NCBI RefSeq assembly: GCF_003704095.1
Contig: NW_020847149.1
Coordinates: 186,001-250,000 of the forward strand
DNA from: Pocillopora damicornis
Taxonomy: Eukaryota
DNA: 64,000 nucleotides
Direction: 5' to 3'
Shown: positions 48,495 through 64,000 of the stretch, piece after piece
Position numbering within the stretch: position 1 is the first letter of the stretch
Layout: every line of letters starts with the position of its first letter
Program-made: the position numbers and the translations under genes
The notes under the pieces: model-generated
Database searches by the model: none
What the model was told of the DNA's origin: nothing
Seen by the model: the letters and a program-made list of their open reading frames with translations, nothing else

Positions 48495-51400
48495 ATTGGT
48501 TACAATTGTATGGCTCCTTAAGCCAAAAAAGGCCCACAAAATCCAGTTATGTTTAACGATGTTTTGTGATGTTCGAACGGTCGTTAGCGGCTTAAACAAT
48601 TCCCTCATCTCCCTGGGGGGAAGAAACTTTGTCGGATGCAAATGCCGATCATGCGAGCACGTTTCCATCAACAAGAGAGAAAAACAAGAGATAGCTTCAC
48701 GAAAACAAGACAAAGGCATTTTTGACAAATTGAGCGTAGAGCACTGTCTTGAAAAATACCTAAGCTCCAGAGTAGGTCGTTTGTTTCAATAGCATTACGA
48801 TGTTATCAAGCAAGATTTAGGTCACGATTAAAAATTCAAATTAACAATGCGAAAAAAACACAACAACAATTCAGCGGCTATAATATTACAACTGCCAAAT
48901 TCTACTTTGATCAATAATCGACTTATAAATTATTTTTAATAATAGAAATATGAAGTACATTCGATTCATATCTACATCGATATAAAGTAAGAAAAATCTT
49001 GATGATGACCTTTTCAGCTCATGTCCTCCGCAAATAATCTTTTGTTTGTGTTCAGAAAGCACGGAAAACTTTACACATCATCGGTGGTGTGATTTGCGTT
49101 GGAAGAATTTGTTTTTTTTTTTACATGTATGTTTCTAAGAAAAAGGCTCTGAACAATAGAACTTGAAAATCTTTTGAAATAGCGATTTGGATTTATGCCG
49201 AGTGCAACTTTGCAATACACAAGTTGTAAAAAAACTGACATGAAAATCGCATATAATTTTTAAATCACCCAATTACAAATGACAAGAGATCATAATTTTC
49301 ACTTTTATAGTCTCTTGCGCTTGAAAAATACTATAATGATTTTAGATACGCTATAGAGAACATAAAGTAAGTGAAAGCGTAGTAATGACGCTACCGTCAA
49401 ATAAGGTGTACAGATTTTCGCCTTCCATCTCTTCCTGCATGCGGAGAGGTCCAATGTCAGAGTGTCATTGATCAGAATCTGTCTGTGAGGCTTTTGCTAG
49501 CTTGCATGAGATGGTTCATGGCAGCTTAAAATTCGGCTGTTACAGCCCGAATTAGAGTTTGTGTATACAATGTCGGCAGGCCGTGCGAAATTCCAGTGAA
49601 AAGTCGCAATTGTATTGTTCGTTATCGTGGTCTCCCTCTGTTCTTAGAAGACGGGCCTTTAGGAAAAAACGATTTTTTCGTTATTAATCCCAGCCATAGA
49701 TATGAATTTTCATCTTTTTTTAAAACATGTTTAATGATCGCATAAACAGTTTCTTTTTCTGTCTGGTTGATGTGAATATTCTCTTTCTGAAGAGCTGTAG
49801 GGGAAATTTCCCGGATACAATGACAGAATCGAAGCAATCGCAAGAAAAACAAAAACCGCAATACTTTTTTACATAAGCATGGTACAGTAGTTAGGACTAC
49901 AGTGAGTACTATACTGCTTATCAAAAACAGGACGTGATACTGCTCCTCACAAAAGAGTATTAGGACCCCCATTTTCGATTCGGAATTTAGGACGCAGAAA
50001 GATAGACCAAAGTTTGATCTCGACTGATATCAAGGCAGGTTCAATATCAGAGTAAAGTTTTACTGCATGCATCTCGGTTGGGGGAGTGTACACTTGATTT
50101 TCGCCGTTTTCTCGGGTAAATATTCGAATTTTGTATGATGTACAGACCGCTCTTTTTCTTTACTAGCGATTGATAGGGTTCTTTGTACCTTAATGGTATT
50201 TAATTTCGCGGGTACTTAATTTCGGTTTTATTTTCGCGATTTCAATAGGCAAGTATGAAACTGAAGGGACCTTAAATTTCGCCATTCAAGCTTTCTCGAC
50301 TCCATTTCATTTTTCCAAATGTTTTAACAATTGGCGACTGCGCGAAAGTTGCATGTTTTAAGGAATTTGTACAAATCTAGCGATTCAGTTGAAGATGATA
50401 ACTAGATTCTCTACTCCATCTGCAAAATCTTTGCAAATTAGCGTCATTTTACAACAGAACATGCAAAACAGAACTTACCAGTAAGACCGGTTTGTACTTT
50501 GTGAATTTGTCGATAAACAACCTGTAAACGTTGTTGTCATGACAAGTTGATCATGTTTTTGTGTGCTTTAAATTTTCTATAGCGGACCAAATTTCTCGGC
50601 AAGGGTTTTTATTCACATGTCTTCAATTTCGCAATGTTTTTACTATCGAAAAAACACGAAATTAAAGACCAATTAGATAGAAGAAGAGTGAAATTAAATT
50701 TTGTACGGGTAAACTAAGAAATTACGCTGAGTTAGATATTGCCATTCCAAACCAGGTTTTTTGAAGTACTTAATTAATTCCATAAAAGGCGCAGCTTAGA
50801 GTTCATTTCCGTTCATAATTAAGCTTACAACCTTTCATGCATATTTCCGAAAATGAAAAACCCGCTTCCGAAATACGGTAGAACGTTACAATGATTCATT
50901 ACTGTTGACTTATTTGGTCTGATCTTCTAACATTCAGTTTTAGGGAAAAAAAAACTATACCCTACATATCTTTTTGATCTACGCACAATTGTTGATATCT
51001 TCGCCAGAAGCGGATGTTATTTGTGCTTCCTTTTAATTAAACTGCTAAGCACATTGGTTTCATGGCACATTCGCGAATACAACGAAAACTGATGAAAGAT
51101 CATAACAAGGTTTGTCAAAATTAAATGGACATCGGGCTGAGTGATTGTTTTTTCATCTAATATTGTCGCCTACGTTTATTTCCCAATGACTTTTTTTGAA
51201 AGGTTATCACATGTAAAAGCTAAAATGCAAATTATACTGTTAGTATACACAATGGTTCATGTGTAATATCTTGGATGCAATTTGTAGTCATTGTCAAGTT
51301 GTGAGTTTAGGAACATATTGAGTGCGTAAGAAAGGAAGAACACTAAAACTCTAAAAGACTTTCGGAATTACTTAAAGGATTTTTCTATGAATTGGTATAA

Positions 51401-51764
51401 TTAAGTTTAATAAAGGTGTGATATCACTGACACCAACGGTTATGCGGAAAGTAAACATGACGCCTGTTGCGGCATCGGATAACACGTACTCAGCCATACG
51501 GCAGGAGTAATTATGTTATTACTAACGTCATAGCCTGTGATGTGCGATATTTTCTACGACTCATTTAACCCATAGCGGTGCTAATTTAACCCATAACGAA
51601 TATCACTTTGCCAAGAGCTGGGTCAGAATGAAACTGAAAGGTCGTCATGAAGACTTTTGGATCCAAGTGATATTCAAAGTGTTCTGGTAGACGTCGAGAA
51701 ATATCAAACCACCAGGAACTGTTATTTCTTTAATCATTTCTTTGGTCGTTGCGTGTTGAGGAAA

Positions 51765-52796
51765 ATGCCAGGGAATTTCTCTGCTCATACAAGCCTCTAC
51801 AGTTCAACATCATCTTTCAATGTGACGTTGGTTATACTTTATGCGACGATAGTGCTTGTAGGCTTGGCAGGGAACAGTTTTGTCGTCACCATTGTGTTCA
51901 AAACAAGATCTATGTTCACTTCGACAAATATTTTGCTGGCAAATGTTGCTGTTGCCGATATCGTGTCTCTGTTATGGTGTCCGATTCCTTTGATAGCGGG
52001 CCTTTGCAATGTGCGAATATCTTCAGAAAAAGCACACTATCTGTGTAAATTTTTTACAAGCTACTCAGTTACCTGTTTGACTGTTTCAGTGACATATCAG
52101 AGTTTAGTGGTGTTGGCTGTGGAGAGGTACCATGCGATTGTTAAACCATTCAACAGTGCACTGATGCTGACTAATGATCGTATGTTCTATGCTATTTTAG
52201 CTATCTGGATCATGGCGATCCTTTGCTCCCTGCCTGGATTTATTTTCAGCGAATACGATGAAAAGCTTGGAAGGTGCCTGGATCCTTGGACTCTTGAGAA
52301 AGCTGGTACGTTCAGGTGGATTGCTATCTTATATCTCTCTGCATCTGTTTTGTTCTCTGGCGCTTTGTTTTACTGCTACGTTCAAATTCTAAGGGGAATC
52401 TTCGTGAATAAAACTGTTTGTTCATCAGAGGTTGCCTCAATGAGGCAATCTAACTTGAAAGAGAAGCGAAGGCTTGCTCTAATTTCCTTGACTGTAACTG
52501 TGGCATATCACTTTTGTTATCTGCCTTTCTTGATGTTTGAGCTGTACATAGCCTTTCAAAGTCAGCAGAGAATATTGGAGAACTACGAAGAACTCTATAA
52601 AGTGTATCGAGTTGTTGGGTTTATCATGTATGTGAACTCAATGCTAAATCCATTTATTTATGGCTTTCAGAGTTCGAATTACAGAAATAATTTCAAAAGA
52701 CTTTTTTTCAGAGGATCTAAAACGATAGATATCAGTTTGACTTCGCCGAATTCCAGGAAAAACCCACCTTCGACGGTGTTTTCAGCAGAAACGTGA
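51765..52796 (+). CDS. Intronless class A GPCR, neuropeptide-receptor-like
   Basis: GN (TM1), NVAVAD (TM2), LCKF, AVERY, ECL2 Cys (GRCLDPW), CYLPF, NSMLNPFIY; first ATG at 51765; unrelated to the three-gene cluster. Confidence 0.88.
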   Translation: MPGNFSAHTSLYSSTSSFNVTLVILYATIVLVGLAGNSFVVTIVFKTRSMFTSTNILLANVAVADIVSLLWCPIPLIAGLCNVRISSEKAHYLCKFFTSYSVTCLTVSVTYQSLVVLAVERYHAIVKPFNSALMLTNDRMFYAILAIWIMAILCSLPGFIFSEYDEKLGRCLDPWTLEKAGTFRWIAILYLSASVLFSGALFYCYVQILRGIFVNKTVCSSEVASMRQSNLKEKRRLALISLTVTVAYHFCYLPFLMFELYIAFQSQQRILENYEELYKVYRVVGFIMYVNSMLNPFIYGFQSSNYRNNFKRLFFRGSKTIDISLTSPNSRKNPPSTVFSAET

Positions 52797-54015
52797 TTCA
52801 TTCTTCGATTCTTCGATTTCATCTTTCCTGAACGCATACGGCAGAAGGCTTTTGCAGCACCCTTGTTATCTTGTCGCAATACTCTTGCAATCATGTCATA
52901 TGTGGCCTCGAAACTGATCTGAGCGATTCAACGGAAAATAAAAGCGCGAACGAGCTGCCTGTTAGATCTATAAAAGATATATTCGCTTAGCAGAACTTCG
53001 GCTTCATTGGTGATGCTACCGGCTGGTGAGTTAAAAAGGAATTATCATAATAGAAAGCAGCAACAGCAGCTAGGTGGTTGAACATTTTCTCAGTATTAAA
53101 CTAAACCAAATAATTCCAATATTACGCAGAAAGGGAGCCTTTGGGTTCATGACGGTTTCGCAAATTCAAAAATAGTTTCCTTTGAATAAGTTGAATTCGT
53201 GAGAAGATCGTGCACTGTATATAGGCTCCATTTGAAAACATAGTAAATAAAAGTGAGAGCCAGTTATGTCAAAAGCTTTTTCTGTTTTCAATGTGTGTTT
53301 ACTTATTGAAGGACCACAGGAGAAATCTAATGTTTACGAAGGCATATATTGTTGTCGATTAATGCCTCTGAGCCGTGTTTTATTCTCCATCTGGCCAATA
53401 AGGGCCTTGGTAATTTTGGCGCAGATATTCTTTGCGTACAACACATTAACTGCCTCAAAACATGCTTATGAACAAAGAATATATACTTTTTCTCGACGCA
53501 TTTACGATTCCGGTTTTATTTGCCGTGAGCCCCTTGATCAACCTGTCTTAGCTCACTAAAGTTTTATCCTTGAAAAGGGAAAAAAGCACATAATAACAAA
53601 TAACGCTGTGAAGCAATTGCTAAACGTAATTGAAAACGTAGTAGTGTAATAACACCACTATTTTTGGCCCTAATAAACAACTGCAGTAGTATGATATTAC
53701 TCAGGGGTTAGTATTCGCCAACTGAAATAAAAATATGCTAATTTTGGCCATTTGTATTCAACGGTATCCGAACGTGCAAATAAGGCACAGATTACATCCT
53801 GTTAATATTTATCATCATTAGCATCATATAATTAAACGACATCCCACTTTCTGATAGGAAACAGTAAGTTATTATATTTTTACCTCTCCCCCTCTCAATA
53901 ATTTATAGGAAAACAAAAGTACTAATAGTGAATTCAATATCTGGGCAACTATGTGGGCAGCGCACGTGCATTGAACTTTATACATGCTTTAATTTTGCAC
54001 TTTCTCCAGTTAATT

Positions 54016-63645
<9,630 letters not shown>

Positions 63646-64000
63646 CTTGCCTTATATTCGTGCCTCTAAATGTAACACCGTAACCTTCTCAGCCGACTTC
63701 TAATTGAAAAGGTCAAGATATCTGACTTAGGAAATAAGTATCTAAGTGCTTTATTGCTGGTATTGGTTTAGACGTTAAGAACTCGTATTAAAGATAATTG
63801 TAGCTTAGAGACATATTCAGTTCTGACCACCTGGTCTTAACCTAGAACCGTTCGAACCCAATCGTTTTCGGTTTACAGATATAATTCGACGACAAGTCGT
63901 GTTGTTTCTGGTCTTCCTTGCTATACTAGCAATCACAAAACTATTAGAACTAATTAATAAGCGAACTAATGTTTATTTCAGTCAAAGGGGCCGAGAATCG

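Noticed and set aside
48495-48728. N-terminal extensions from TTG/GTG starts (also at 991, 7735, 14388, 45853 and 51657)
   Set aside because: Eukaryotic locus: these are UTR or intron read-through in the ORF track, so the first ATG or splice acceptor was used instead.

Overview
Eukaryotic, intron-containing, AT-rich genomic DNA with two assembly gaps. The gene families and repeat types point to a cnidarian, probably a stony coral (inference). Most short ORFs in the supplied track are noise; the real genes had to be spliced by hand. Genes found: three tandem intronless class A GPCR paralogues (1.0, 7.8 and 14.5 kb); a 3-exon PRD-class Q50 homeobox gene (19.2-21.8 kb, minus) whose homeodomain the ORF track misses; three secreted, probably GPI-anchored CAP/SCP genes (24-43.6 kb), one with two CAP domains; an ankyrin-repeat TRP channel (44-48.5 kb, minus); a peptide-receptor-like GPCR (51.8 kb); and an astacin metalloprotease (54-63.6 kb, minus). 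Mobile DNA: a decayed Crypton-type tyrosine-recombinase element plus four non-autonomous elements (one deletion derivative, three others) sharing an asymmetric A...A'-hairpin end structure, with three elements stacked end to end at 9.2-12.3 kb; Penelope-like fragments carrying hammerhead ribozyme motifs; a 3.5-kb foldback element in an astacin intron; TTAA-inserting MITEs; a Kolobok-like element; and a tRNA-derived repeat. All coordinates were counted by hand; repeat boundaries are approximate.
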